Shown here: in pieces, positions 35,191 to 45,117 of the stretch
Position numbering within the stretch: position 1 is the first letter of the stretch
Layout: every line of letters starts with the position of its first letter
Source of the DNA: Chitinophagales bacterium
Lineage (GTDB): Bacteria > Bacteroidota > Bacteroidia > Chitinophagales > Chitinophagaceae
Direction: 5' to 3'
NCBI GenBank assembly: GCA_015654595.1
Contig: JAATGQ010000125.1
Coordinates: 1,209-65,208, forward strand
DNA length: 64,000 nucleotides
Program-made: the position numbers and the translations under genes
Notes under the pieces: generated by a model
Databases searched by the model: none
Seen by the model: only the letters and a program-made list of their open reading frames with translations
Told to the model about the DNA's origin: nothing

Positions 35191-38100
35191 TTAGAGAGTA
35201 AGTTTTACGCCGGTAGCATAAATACGAGATACGGGGAACTGGCCGCCATCGAGTCCATGTCCGCCCACTTCAGGGTCCATGCCGCTATATTTCGTAAAGG
35301 TCAGCAGGTTGTCGCCGCTGATATATACGCGTAAGCTGCTCTTCTTTATAAATTTGGGGAAGGTATACCCGATGATCAGACTCTTTACCCGCAGGTAGCT
35401 GCCATTCTCCAGGTACCAATCGGATACGGTCTGGAAGTTGTTGTTTGGATCATTGGCAGAGATGATGGGAATGTTGGACTTCGTGTTGGTAGGAGACCAT
35501 GCGTTCAGGATCTTATCCCAGCGGTTGTATCCTTGTTCGGAGCCGTTGAGCGTAGATTCCTTAAAGGCATGGAACAGCTTAACGCCGCTGACGCCCTGCA
35601 TGAACAGGCTGATATCAAATCCATGATATCTCACATTTGCGGTAAAGCCATAAGTAAACTTTGGCGCTGCGCTGCCCATATACATTCTATCCTTATCGGT
35701 GATCTTGCCGTCGCCGTCCTTGTCTACGAATTTCAGGTCACCGGGACGAGCATTGGGCTGGATCTTTGTTCCATCTTTGCCGACATAGTTGTCAACTTCC
35801 TGCTGGTTTTGAAAGATACCGGCTGTTTTGATAAGCCAATAGGAATAGAACGGCTGGCCGACTGTACTTTGGAAGGGCTCCATAGTTCCTCTCCAGTTGT
35901 CCGTGTGTGCCCATATCGAATGGGGGTTGCCATCGATATATTCCACTCTGTTCTTCAGCGTAGCGATGTTGCCGTTGATATCATAAGAAACGCGGCCGAT
36001 GTTGCCTTTCCAGGTTGCCGAAACTTCCAGACCCTTGTTCCGGATACTTCCCTGGTTGACCAAAGGTCTTCCCAGACCAAGTGTATTGGGCCAGTTATTG
36101 GCCTGAGGCTGGATCAGGTCAAACGTCTTCTTGTCAAAATAGTCGACGGTCAGGTCCAGTCTGTTGTCCAGCAGGCTGACATCGAGACCAAGGTCTTTTT
36201 GTTCTGAGGTCTCCCAGGACAGGTTTGGCGTAAACCCATTAGCCTGGTAAAGAACCGGTGTATAAGGAGCGCCGTTGCCGATCTGGTAGGTGTTATCCGA
36301 AGTCAGCGAAGGATAGCCGTAGTAATACCCTATCGATCCCAGGTTTCCGATGCGGCCCCAGCTGGCGCGGACCTTCAGGAGGTTGACGGCCGAAACATGA
36401 AAAAAGGGTTCTGAACTGATCTTCCAGGCTGCGGTGACACCGGGCAGGCCCTTGCCACGATAACCTGCAGCCAGGCGGCCTGCGATATCATACCGGTAGC
36501 TGCCCGTTACGAAGTAGCGATCGGCATAGCTATAAGCCAGGCGGCCAACATAGGATTCGTTACGATCCTTGTTCTCATAGTCGGTGGGGTTCATCCCTTC
36601 AAAGCTGGCGGCGTTCACAAAGAACTGGGCCCAGGTAGCCTCGTTGTCAAAAGTCTTGCCCGATGCGCTAAAGCCCATCGTCAGGTCTTCCTGTGAGGTG
36701 GTAGACGCCATCAGGCTCAGGTTATGCCTTCCGAAGCGACGGTCGTAGTTTGCGGTATTTTCCCAGATCCAGTAACGCTCTCTGGATGTGCTATAGGTCA
36801 GGGTATTCTGATTGTTTGGCTTTCCCGGCTCGGGACGTTTGGGTTCGAAGTCCTTATATAGCCAGTTGGTGGACCGATAAGAGAATCGTGTCAGGAAAGA
36901 AAGTCCGGGGACGATATTGGATATCTTCAGTTCTGATATCGACTGCATGTCTATCGTCTTGTTATAGGCCGTGTTACGGAGCAATGTTGCCACCGGGTTG
37001 ATCGCGTCGCCGTGGATACCATTGTATTGCGAGCCGATCGGGCCTGTGCCTCCAAAGCTGCCGTCGTCATAACGGACAACAGCAGATCTGGGCATATAGA
37101 TAGCAGAAAGGATGACCCCGCTATAACCGGAAGAAGTTTCTGCATCCCGGTTATCGTTGCTGTTGACAAATACGTCCTGTTTGAACTTGATATGGGGGTT
37201 GAACGTATAGTTGGCATTCATACGCCCGGAGATATTCTTATTATAGGTGTTCAGCAAGGTCCCTTCATTTTCCTCATACCGGCCTTCAAACAAGGTAGAG
37301 AATTTGTCGGTTCCGGCATTGACGGCGATGTTATGACGATGAACCAGCCCGGTCCGGAAAATAGAATGCATCCAGTCGGTACGGGTGACCTGGTCATAAG
37401 GGTTCTTGGCGGCATCCCATCCATCGAGCGGTGTCTGGCCGGCATTCTTCGAAGCCAGGTTGGCTACTTCCGCTGTTTTGGCTGCTGTCAGCGACTGGGG
37501 CAGGCGCCATGCCGTCTTAGCGCCGGCAAAAGCGGTATAATCAATAGAAGGGCCGCCTTTACCAGCCTGGCGGGTCGTGATCATAATGACTCCAGCCGAT
37601 CCGGAAAAGGCCCCATAAATGGCTGCCGATGCGGCGTCTTTCAAGATGGTGATCGACACGACGTCGGCGGGATTGTAAGGCGCATTGGGAACCCCATCCA
37701 CTACATATAACACGTTCTCCGTTCCTGTCGACCCGACACCACGAATCACTACGCTGGGTACCTGGTCGGGGTGACCGCCGTTGGCCACTACCGTAACGCC
37801 GGGCACCTGTCCCTGTATCATATTCGGAACATCGACGACGGGCCGTTCTTTGATCTCATCCATATTGGATACATCCGATACGGCGGCAGAAAGATCCTTC
37901 TTCCGAACGGAACCGTATCCGATCACGACTACTTTGTCCAGGTCAGAATTGTGGTTTTTCAAAGTAACGCTGAGGGATATACGGCCATTGGCTTTCATCT
38001 CGTACCCTGTCAACGTGTCGCTGACATAGCCGATATGGGTGATGATGAATTGATAACCTCCGCCGGGAGGAACCGAAGAAATGCTGAAAATGCCTTTCTC

Positions 38101-38277
38101 ATTGGTGTTGGCGGTCTGGTGAAATCCGAGCGACTCGTTCTCGAGTCTGACGACGGCGCCATGCAGCACCTCGCCATCGGCATTGCGAACGATACCAGTC
38201 GCGGTATTGCCGTTCGTTTGAGCCCATCCCTGAAAGGATAAGACAAGTAAAAATAGTCCAGTTAGGAGTTTGTTCAT
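35191..38277 (-). CDS. SusC/RagA family TonB-dependent outer membrane receptor
   Basis: VVVIGYG, LKDAASAAIYG, LSWETSEQ, PGDLKFVDKDGDGKI, YSGMDPE. Confidence 0.95.
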   Translation of the reverse strand: MNKLLTGLFLLVLSFQGWAQTNGNTATGIVRNADGEVLHGAVVRLENESLGFHQTANTNEKGIFSISSVPPGGGYQFIITHIGYVSDTLTGYEMKANGRISLSVTLKNHNSDLDKVVVIGYGSVRKKDLSAAVSDVSNMDEIKERPVVDVPNMIQGQVPGVTVVANGGHPDQVPSVVIRGVGSTGTENVLYVVDGVPNAPYNPADVVSITILKDAASAAIYGAFSGSAGVIMITTRQAGKGGPSIDYTAFAGAKTAWRLPQSLTAAKTAEVANLASKNAGQTPLDGWDAAKNPYDQVTRTDWMHSIFRTGLVHRHNIAVNAGTDKFSTLFEGRYEENEGTLLNTYNKNISGRMNANYTFNPHIKFKQDVFVNSNDNRDAETSSGYSGVILSAIYMPRSAVVRYDDGSFGGTGPIGSQYNGIHGDAINPVATLLRNTAYNKTIDMQSISELKISNIVPGLSFLTRFSYRSTNWLYKDFEPKRPEPGKPNNQNTLTYSTSRERYWIWENTANYDRRFGRHNLSLMASTTSQEDLTMGFSASGKTFDNEATWAQFFVNAASFEGMNPTDYENKDRNESYVGRLAYSYADRYFVTGSYRYDIAGRLAAGYRGKGLPGVTAAWKISSEPFFHVSAVNLLKVRASWGRIGNLGSIGYYYGYPSLTSDNTYQIGNGAPYTPVLYQANGFTPNLSWETSEQKDLGLDVSLLDNRLDLTVDYFDKKTFDLIQPQANNWPNTLGLGRPLVNQGSIRNKGLEVSATWKGNIGRVSYDINGNIATLKNRVEYIDGNPHSIWAHTDNWRGTMEPFQSTVGQPFYSYWLIKTAGIFQNQQEVDNYVGKDGTKIQPNARPGDLKFVDKDGDGKITDKDRMYMGSAAPKFTYGFTANVRYHGFDISLFMQGVSGVKLFHAFKESTLNGSEQGYNRWDKILNAWSPTNTKSNIPIISANDPNNNFQTVSDWYLENGSYLRVKSLIIGYTFPKFIKKSSLRVYISGDNLLTFTKYSGMDPEVGGHGLDGGQFPVSRIYATGVKLTL

Positions 38278-38370
38278 AAGACTTGATTTGACATTTCGAG
38301 TTTTAAGTTTGGACAATAAGGTAGCCTTCGGCTTTGTGGCCGCCGTTTGCTGTTTACTATTTAAGCGTGA

Positions 38371-39401
38371 TTAATTCGTCTGTATCGTATATCCTTTGGC
38401 CTGGTTCCCGACAAGCTTCAGACCATTAAGGTCACACAGGGTCGTCAGGAAGGATTCGAGGCTTTCTTTGCTACTATCAAAAACGCCCGTAAAGTCTGCG
38501 TTTTGAAGGTTCGCATTCTCATCCGAGATCGATATCCCGTATTGTTGTCGTAGTTGGTTGAATATTTCCGTCAGCGGTTTCTTTACAAAGTTTAAAACAA
38601 CTGGCTGGGGTTTTACAACCGCAGGGTCTATCGTTTTCAGCTCCTCCTTTCTGACCTCCACGGCAAGACTGTTGTTGTTCAGCCTGAGCTCTTGTCCGGG
38701 TTGAAGAAAGACATTGGAAAATGACTTCCCGGCTACGACCACCCGGCCGCTGATTAATCTGACGGATGTTATCGCCTCATTCTTATTGTTCACGCGGAAA
38801 ACGGTTCCCAGTGCTGTCGTGACAAGGCTCCCCGAGTGTACGGCAAAAGGCCGGGCCTTATCGGGCGCTACGGTGAACGTTCCTTCGCCTTCCAGGTAGA
38901 TATCTCTCCGGTTATCGATATAGGGAGAAGCAAGACGGATACGGCTGTTAGCCGCAAGCTTAACCTTACTTCCATCTGGCAAAGCGTATACTTGTGGATT
39001 CAGAGAAGCATTGGCGATCGTCTTCCACCCGGGTTTTTGGGGTTCGGATGAGAAACCATAATTTCCTGCGGCTTATCGGTTGTCTTTTTGTTTTTAAAAA
39101 GAAGCAACAAGGGCGCTGCGAGCAACACGACCGCAGCAGCAGCGATCCACATCGCTCTGTTTCTTTTCGGCTTGAGGCTCCTTACCGGCGCCTCTCCCAT
39201 CCCTTCTTCGATCGACGCGATCATTTTTTCTTTTGGCGCATCCCAGCTAAGATCCGGTTTGAATTCATCCCAGCTTTTCTCGGTCATGTATTGCGCAAGC
39301 TCGTCTGGGTTTTCCCGGAAGAAATTGGCTGCCAGCCTTTTCTCATCCTCAGTACCGCCGCCGGAAAGAACCAAATCAATGACCCGTTTGGAAATGCGCA
39401 T
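38371..39401 (-). pseudogene. FecR family anti-sigma factor, frameshifted near 39025-39045
   Basis: The 5' part (MRISKRV...TM) and 3' part (WKTIANASLNPQVYALPDGSKV..LEGEGTF..ALGTVF) are in different frames; one base is missing around CCCAAAAACCCGGG. Confidence 0.8.
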
Positions 39402-39485
39402 ATCTATTATTCGTTTGAAAAGGGATTCCCCCTTAGTCCACACAGAAAAAAATTTCAACAAAATGGAAGCTAAAAAATGGGCCTG

Positions 39486-40007
39486 CTAAAACAGCATGGT
39501 AATACTCTTTCTAAGATATTTCAGCGCTTTTGTAATGTGCGTCTCTATCGTTTTGGGAGAAATGGATAGCTGCTCGCTGATCTCGCTGTGTGAAAGTTGA
39601 TTGAATCTGCTGAGCCTGAAGACTTGCTGGCACTGGGCAGGAAGCTCTTCGATAGCGGCGAAGACATTTCCCAGCTCTTCTTTCTGTATATATTGCTCCT
39701 CCTGTAAAGGGTTGGAAACGAAGACATCCGACAGTTCCTGAGTGCTTCTGACCTTGTCTTTCCGAAGGAGATCGATGTGTATGCTTCTGGCGATCCGGAA
39801 GAGCTGTGTGGAGATGGAATATTGATCGGACAGGCCTTCTCTTTTTTCCCAAAGCCTTATAAAGGCGAGCTGGACCGTCTCTTCTGCATAATAAGCAGAC
39901 CCGGTATATTTATATATATACTGATAAAGCTTTAAATGATATTCTTCGAAAACTTTATTGAATGCGGCCTTGTCGCCTTCTTTTATGTGTTTTGGTTGTA
40001 TGATCAC
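39486..40007 (-). CDS. ECF RNA polymerase sigma-70 factor
   Basis: GDKAAF, AEETVQLAFIRLW, LPAQCQQVFRLSR..SHSEIS..ISPKTIETHITKAL; start uncertain. Confidence 0.9.
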   Translation of the reverse strand: MIIQPKHIKEGDKAAFNKVFEEYHLKLYQYIYKYTGSAYYAEETVQLAFIRLWEKREGLSDQYSISTQLFRIARSIHIDLLRKDKVRSTQELSDVFVSNPLQEEQYIQKEELGNVFAAIEELPAQCQQVFRLSRFNQLSHSEISEQLSISPKTIETHITKALKYLRKSITMLF

Positions 40008-40141
40008 AGGTTGCCTTATGGGCCCAAAGGTCCGGGCAAATTTTGAATGGAAGGAGCAACCCAAGTTATCTTAGTATTAATAGTCGTATTCCCCCCAGCC
40101 GCTTCGCAGCCGGGGGGATATATCAGGCCAGAACCTGTTCG

Positions 40142-41545
40142 TCAGGCCAGCCCCTGTTCGTGATGAAGTTCGGGGATCTCAATATCGGTAAAGCCTTTGC
40201 GAAGCAACCGTTCGCGGAAGGCTTGTTGAACGTCGTATTCGCCATGGACCAGGAAGAGCGTCTTTACTTTTTTAGGGTCCTGGCAGGCGAGGAACTGGCT
40301 GAGGTCTTCGTAGTCGCCGTGCGCGCTCATGCTGCGGATACTGCCGATCTCGGCATGGACCTCATGTAATACGCCGAAGATATGCACCTCTTTTGCGCCC
40401 GCCATCAGCCGTCCGCCAAGCGAATGCGGCTCGCAGTAACCGACCAGCAGGATCGTGTTACGGCTGTTCTCTATCCCATTACTGATATGATGTTTTACGC
40501 GTCCTGCGTCTGCCATACCGCTTGCAGAGATGATCACGCAAGGCTCATCCTTGTAGTTGAGCAGCTTCGATTCTTCAACGGTCTTGATGTATTTGAGTCC
40601 CTGGAACGCGAATGGATCGTTGTCTGTCTCGAGGATCTTCTGGATCGTCCTATTAAAGTATTGGGGATAGTGTTTTACGATCTCCGTAGCCGATACGCTA
40701 AGCGGACTATCCACGTAGTAGTCCAGAGGCGGCAGACGTCTTTCCTCTTCGAGCTGGTTGAGCGCAAAGAGTATCTCCTGTGTACGGCCTACGCTAAAGG
40801 CGGGGATGATCAGCCGGCCCTTTTTCTTCAGACAGGTCTTTACGATCCAGTCGAGCAGCATATCCGGCGTGGTAGCAACGGGATCATGAAGGCTGTTGCC
40901 GTAAGTGGATTCGAGCAGGATATAGTCGGCCTGCGGAAAGACTGCGGGACTTCTTAATATAACGTCTTTATAGCGGCCAACGTCACCGCTAAAAGTAAGA
41001 TGCGTCTCTTTTCCGTCTTCTTTGATCCGGAGGCTGACAGCAGCGCTGCCAATGATATGCCCCGCATCGGTATACAGTACCTGGACATTCTCGTCGATGG
41101 TATGCCATGTATCATATTCTACGGCAACAAAATGGTCTGTGGTTTTTTTGGCGTCCTCTTCTGTATACAATGGCTGAAGATAGGGCTGTCCTTCGGCCTT
41201 ACGTTTTTTGTTGGCGAATTTCACCTCATCTTCCTGGATACCGGCGGAGTCTTCGAGCAATACCGCGGCCAGTTCCTTTGTCGCAGGCGTGCAATAGATA
41301 CGGCCATTGAACCCGTCTTTTACCAGCTTTGGGATAAGACCGCTGTGATCGATATGTGCATGGGACAGGATCAACGCTGTGACGTCGGCTGGCGTGAATC
41401 CCCAGTCACGATTGAGTACATCGGTTTGATTACCCATACCCTGGAACATGCCGCAGTCCAGCAGATATTTTTTACCGTTGTCGAGCGTGATGAGGTGCTT
41501 GGAGCCTGTTACGACGCGCGCTGCGCCATGGAATGAGATTTTCAT
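40142..41545 (-). CDS. MBL-fold beta-CASP ribonuclease family protein
   Basis: VTGSKH, SHAHIDHSG, AGHIIGSA, ESTYG, SGMADAGR, SAHGD, LVHGE. Confidence 0.92.
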   Translation of the reverse strand: MKISFHGAARVVTGSKHLITLDNGKKYLLDCGMFQGMGNQTDVLNRDWGFTPADVTALILSHAHIDHSGLIPKLVKDGFNGRIYCTPATKELAAVLLEDSAGIQEDEVKFANKKRKAEGQPYLQPLYTEEDAKKTTDHFVAVEYDTWHTIDENVQVLYTDAGHIIGSAAVSLRIKEDGKETHLTFSGDVGRYKDVILRSPAVFPQADYILLESTYGNSLHDPVATTPDMLLDWIVKTCLKKKGRLIIPAFSVGRTQEILFALNQLEEERRLPPLDYYVDSPLSVSATEIVKHYPQYFNRTIQKILETDNDPFAFQGLKYIKTVEESKLLNYKDEPCVIISASGMADAGRVKHHISNGIENSRNTILLVGYCEPHSLGGRLMAGAKEVHIFGVLHEVHAEIGSIRSMSAHGDYEDLSQFLACQDPKKVKTLFLVHGEYDVQQAFRERLLRKGFTDIEIPELHHEQGLA

Positions 41546-41571
41546 AGCATTGGTGCCGGCTTCCCGGCGGT

Positions 41572-42171
41572 TTAGTTCTTCTTTTTAAAAGACCAAGTTA
41601 TCAAAAATTCTGCGATATTCTCCCCCGCTTCGTTGGCTCAGACAGCATGGGCCGTGATCACCTGAGGTTCTCCGGATATCACGGCGTTATCGATTGTATT
41701 TTTTATCGATTGTCCATCGCTGCAGGTGAAGACGACCTTGCCGGTTGCTTTCTTTATAAACCGGGCTTCGAGACCTGTGACGAGCATGGATACCTTCTGT
41801 TGTTTATAGATAAATCCCATGGCGAGGATGCCGGTACTCATCTCCGCAGCCATGGCAAGACAGGCAAAGTATATGGAGCGGAAAGGATTTTTTGTAAATC
41901 GTTTGAAAGGGATCGAGATGGCGGCCCTTTCTGCGTCGATGCTCTCTATATCCAGGCCGGACCGGAAGGCGCTGGGGATGTTCATGAACAGATAAGCCCG
42001 GAAGCGCCATCGACTATGGATAAGTTTTTGAAATTCGGGGTGGAAGGGAGCGTCGGGCTGTCGGGCTGCCTGCGTATCCGCATACGCGCCCGCCCGCTGG
42101 TTTGGCTGTGTATCACCATACATACCCGCCCGCCGATTTGGCTGCGGGGTTGGTTGATGTTCGTCGGTCAT
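41572..42171 (-). CDS. DUF4442-like hotdog-fold/thioesterase protein with an in-frame TGA at 41638-41640
   Basis: KNPFRSIYFACLAMAAE motif; frame continues past TGA as ANEAGENIAEFLITWSFKKKN to TAA at 41572. Confidence 0.72.
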
Positions 42172-42181
42172 AGTTAAGGTT

Positions 42182-43822
42182 TTAATTTTTGCTGATCTCT
42201 ACGATTGTAGCGACGACGGTATTCTGTTCGCCTGACTTTACGGTAAATTGCATATTGCCTTTTGCCGAGCTGTTGAACTTCTGGTTTTGCACGAGCTTCC
42301 CGGCTAACGCAGCGTTCAGCCTTGCACCATAGTCTTTGCCCGGCCCCTGGCTAATGGTATTGTTCAGCCCGTACCAGTCCAGCGGATTCTTGCTGATGAC
42401 AACGGCCATCACGTCTCTCGTTCCAATGGAATCCGGCATCATGCTCTTGTCCTTTGGAAACAGCCGGTAGCCGGTGATCCCGCAGAACGGCGAATATTTT
42501 GTTTTTTCGGGATAGTCGGTACGCGGATAAGGAAAAAGGGTATAGCTGGAACCGTCCGTTTCCTTACCAAAGACATAGACATAGCATTCGGTCGTATTGC
42601 GTACTTCCATTTTGAAGCGGGTTCCTTTTTTAACCGGGCTGATGGTTTCGAAGACGTTTGCATCTTTTACCTGTAAGGGGATATATCCATCGGTGACGGT
42701 CTTCTTTCCTTCATAGTGTACCTGGACCAGGCCTATCTCGCAGGACAGCGGTTCTGCTGCAGCTGCACCGGTCTTCTCCATGGGTTCGAGTCCATAGGCT
42801 TCCCGGACAAAGTAGCGGAAGTCGGGGTAGCGTACCCAGGCAAAGCCATTGTTTCCCCATTGCGGTCCCCAGCTGTTCATGATCAGGAAGGCGCCTCCAT
42901 ATTTGCGGTCGTCGTACCCTACGACGCATTGGGCGTGACCGCCAAAGCCCAGCATGCTGCGATCTTCGGAGGTCGGTTCCCACAGGTCTTTTCCCATCAT
43001 CGACTGCATATAGCTTCCGCCAACCTGCATCCCGATCACCACCGGTGCGCCCTGCGCGAGGTTTTCTTTTATCGCCCTCAGATCGATGGCGTTGGTCTGG
43101 TCGCCTGGCGTGAGCCGGTTAAAGCCGCGCATTTTGTGCTGGCGCGCTTCTTCGAGCTGCTGCTGGTCGGGTTGTCTGGAGCAGTCTTTATCGTCGTAAG
43201 GAAATTCGCGGTAAGGGATCGAGCCGCTCTTGGTCATGAACTCCATCGCCCGCTGGATATACGATCCGTCGCAGTTGTCGAGGCCGATCTGGTTGTAGAG
43301 GAAGGAGGGGCTGAATCGTAGATTGGCGGGGTCTTCGCCCGTCCTCGCCGCTTCTGCAATCGTTCTGGCGCCGTAGGCGCTGCTCCAGGCGACGCAGCTG
43401 CCCTGGTGTCCCTGATCGCCGACGGGCGGCGCAAATTTTTGAAGGTTGACGGCCTCGGGGATGGGGTTCTTGGTCGTGTCGTCGGAAAGCGACTCGTATA
43501 TATTGGCCTTTGCAAATTGTCTGGGGTCGAGATAGCCGCCGGTGGCAAGTCCGCCTTGATTCTGATTCTGGTCTTGATGAAACAGTCCGGCGCCGCCGCA
43601 GCCTTTCAGGAAGAAGTAGCCGCCGACAACGATTACGAGCAGGAAGATCAGCCCGCGGCCCCGGAAGAGACCCAGCAGCAGGAGCAGGATGCCGAACAGA
43701 CCGCCGTCCCCGTTGTCGCGGGGATCGAAGCCTCCGGGCCCCAAGCCCCCTCCCCCGCCGCGATCATCGCCACTATTGTCCTGAGGGTCTTGCGGATCGT
43801 CAACCATGCGAATGGGAGGCAT
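42182..43822 (-). CDS. membrane-anchored C1 (papain-like) cysteine peptidase with C-terminal DUF4384-like domain
   Basis: QGHQGSCVAW, GGHA and NSWG catalytic motifs; Gly-rich N-terminus plus TM. Confidence 0.87.
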   Translation of the reverse strand: MPPIRMVDDPQDPQDNSGDDRGGGGGLGPGGFDPRDNGDGGLFGILLLLLGLFRGRGLIFLLVIVVGGYFFLKGCGGAGLFHQDQNQNQGGLATGGYLDPRQFAKANIYESLSDDTTKNPIPEAVNLQKFAPPVGDQGHQGSCVAWSSAYGARTIAEAARTGEDPANLRFSPSFLYNQIGLDNCDGSYIQRAMEFMTKSGSIPYREFPYDDKDCSRQPDQQQLEEARQHKMRGFNRLTPGDQTNAIDLRAIKENLAQGAPVVIGMQVGGSYMQSMMGKDLWEPTSEDRSMLGFGGHAQCVVGYDDRKYGGAFLIMNSWGPQWGNNGFAWVRYPDFRYFVREAYGLEPMEKTGAAAAEPLSCEIGLVQVHYEGKKTVTDGYIPLQVKDANVFETISPVKKGTRFKMEVRNTTECYVYVFGKETDGSSYTLFPYPRTDYPEKTKYSPFCGITGYRLFPKDKSMMPDSIGTRDVMAVVISKNPLDWYGLNNTISQGPGKDYGARLNAALAGKLVQNQKFNSSAKGNMQFTVKSGEQNTVVATIVEISKN

Positions 43823-43881
43823 AGGCTATCAATTTTTCCCTAAAATAGGAAAAATTGTGCCATGGGGTGCGCGGGGCGCGA

Positions 43882-45093
43882 TTACAGCTCGACCTGGTTG
43901 CGCAGCAGGTCTTCAAAGACGTCGCGGCGGCGGATCAGGTGCGCCTGTCCATCCTTTATGAGAACTTCGGCGGGTTTGTATCGGGAGTTGAAGTTGGAAG
44001 ACATTTCAAATCCATAAGCCCCGGCATTGTAGAAAACGAGATAATCGCCTTCCCGGACTTCGTTGATCGTGCGGTCCCAGGCAAAAGTGTCGGTCTCGCA
44101 GATATTGCCCACGACGGAGTAACGCCTGGGCGCGCCATTGGGGTTGCTGATGTTTTCGATGCGGTGATAGGCGTCGTAGAACATCGGCCGGATCAGATGA
44201 TTGAAACCGCTGTCGACGCTGGCAAAAGTCGCCGCATCGGTCTCTTTCAGGACATTGACCTTTGTGATAAAATATCCGCATTCGCTGACCAGGAATTTAC
44301 CGGGCTCAAACCACACCTGCAGCGGCCGGCCTCCGGGGTTAGGATGGTTGGCAAAGGCGGCATTGACCTTATCGGCCAGCAGCTGTATATCGGTCTGGGC
44401 GTCGCCATCCTTGTAAGGAACTTTAAACCCACCGCCCAGGTCGATAAACCGCAGGGATCTGAATTGGGGGATCAACTCGAAAAGGATCTCGATGCCTTTT
44501 ACAAAAACGTCTACGTCTTTTATTTCACTGCCGGTATGGATATGAAGGTCGGCGATATCGAGGTTGTAGCTGTCGACGAGAGCGAGTATTTTTTCGACCT
44601 GGTCGACGGGAATACCAAACTTGCTTTTATCGTGCCCGGTGGAGATCTTCAGGTTTCCTCCAGCCATAATGTTAGGACGAAGCCTAACGCCTACAGGATA
44701 AGTCCCGCCGTATTTCTGTCCGAACTTTTCGAGATTGGACAGGCTGTCGATATTGATGATCACGCCCAGCGAAACGGCTTCAGCTATCTCATCAAAGCCA
44801 ATACCATTGGAGGTATAGAGCACGCGTTCTTTCGGGAAACCGGCATACAGAGCCAGCTTTACTTCGTTGATGCTGCTGCAATCGACATTGGCGCCGAGGC
44901 TGCAGACATATTTGAGCACGTTGACATTGGTTAGCGCCTTACAGGCGTAGAAGAATACGGTATTGCTATTCCGGAAAGCTGTAGTGAGCTTTTCGTATTG
45001 TTCTTTTATTTTCTCTGCATGATAGACATACAGCGGTGTTCCGAATTGTTGGCCGAGCGATGTAAGGTATTCGGGTGATAGCGATTGAGACAT
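43882..45093 (-). CDS. lysA: diaminopimelate decarboxylase
   Basis: YACKA PLP lysine, SKFG, HIHTGS, DLGGG, EPGK, ICETD, GAYG..MSSNFN. Confidence 0.95.
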   Translation of the reverse strand: MSQSLSPEYLTSLGQQFGTPLYVYHAEKIKEQYEKLTTAFRNSNTVFFYACKALTNVNVLKYVCSLGANVDCSSINEVKLALYAGFPKERVLYTSNGIGFDEIAEAVSLGVIINIDSLSNLEKFGQKYGGTYPVGVRLRPNIMAGGNLKISTGHDKSKFGIPVDQVEKILALVDSYNLDIADLHIHTGSEIKDVDVFVKGIEILFELIPQFRSLRFIDLGGGFKVPYKDGDAQTDIQLLADKVNAAFANHPNPGGRPLQVWFEPGKFLVSECGYFITKVNVLKETDAATFASVDSGFNHLIRPMFYDAYHRIENISNPNGAPRRYSVVGNICETDTFAWDRTINEVREGDYLVFYNAGAYGFEMSSNFNSRYKPAEVLIKDGQAHLIRRRDVFEDLLRNQVEL

Positions 45094-45117
45094 GTGTTCT
45101 TTGAGAGTTTTGAAACG

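Noticed and set aside
40142-43822. Beta-CASP nuclease plus protease as an anti-phage defence system
   Set aside because: The nuclease looks like the widespread housekeeping MBL RNase and sits in a core-gene run with no mobility or defence context.
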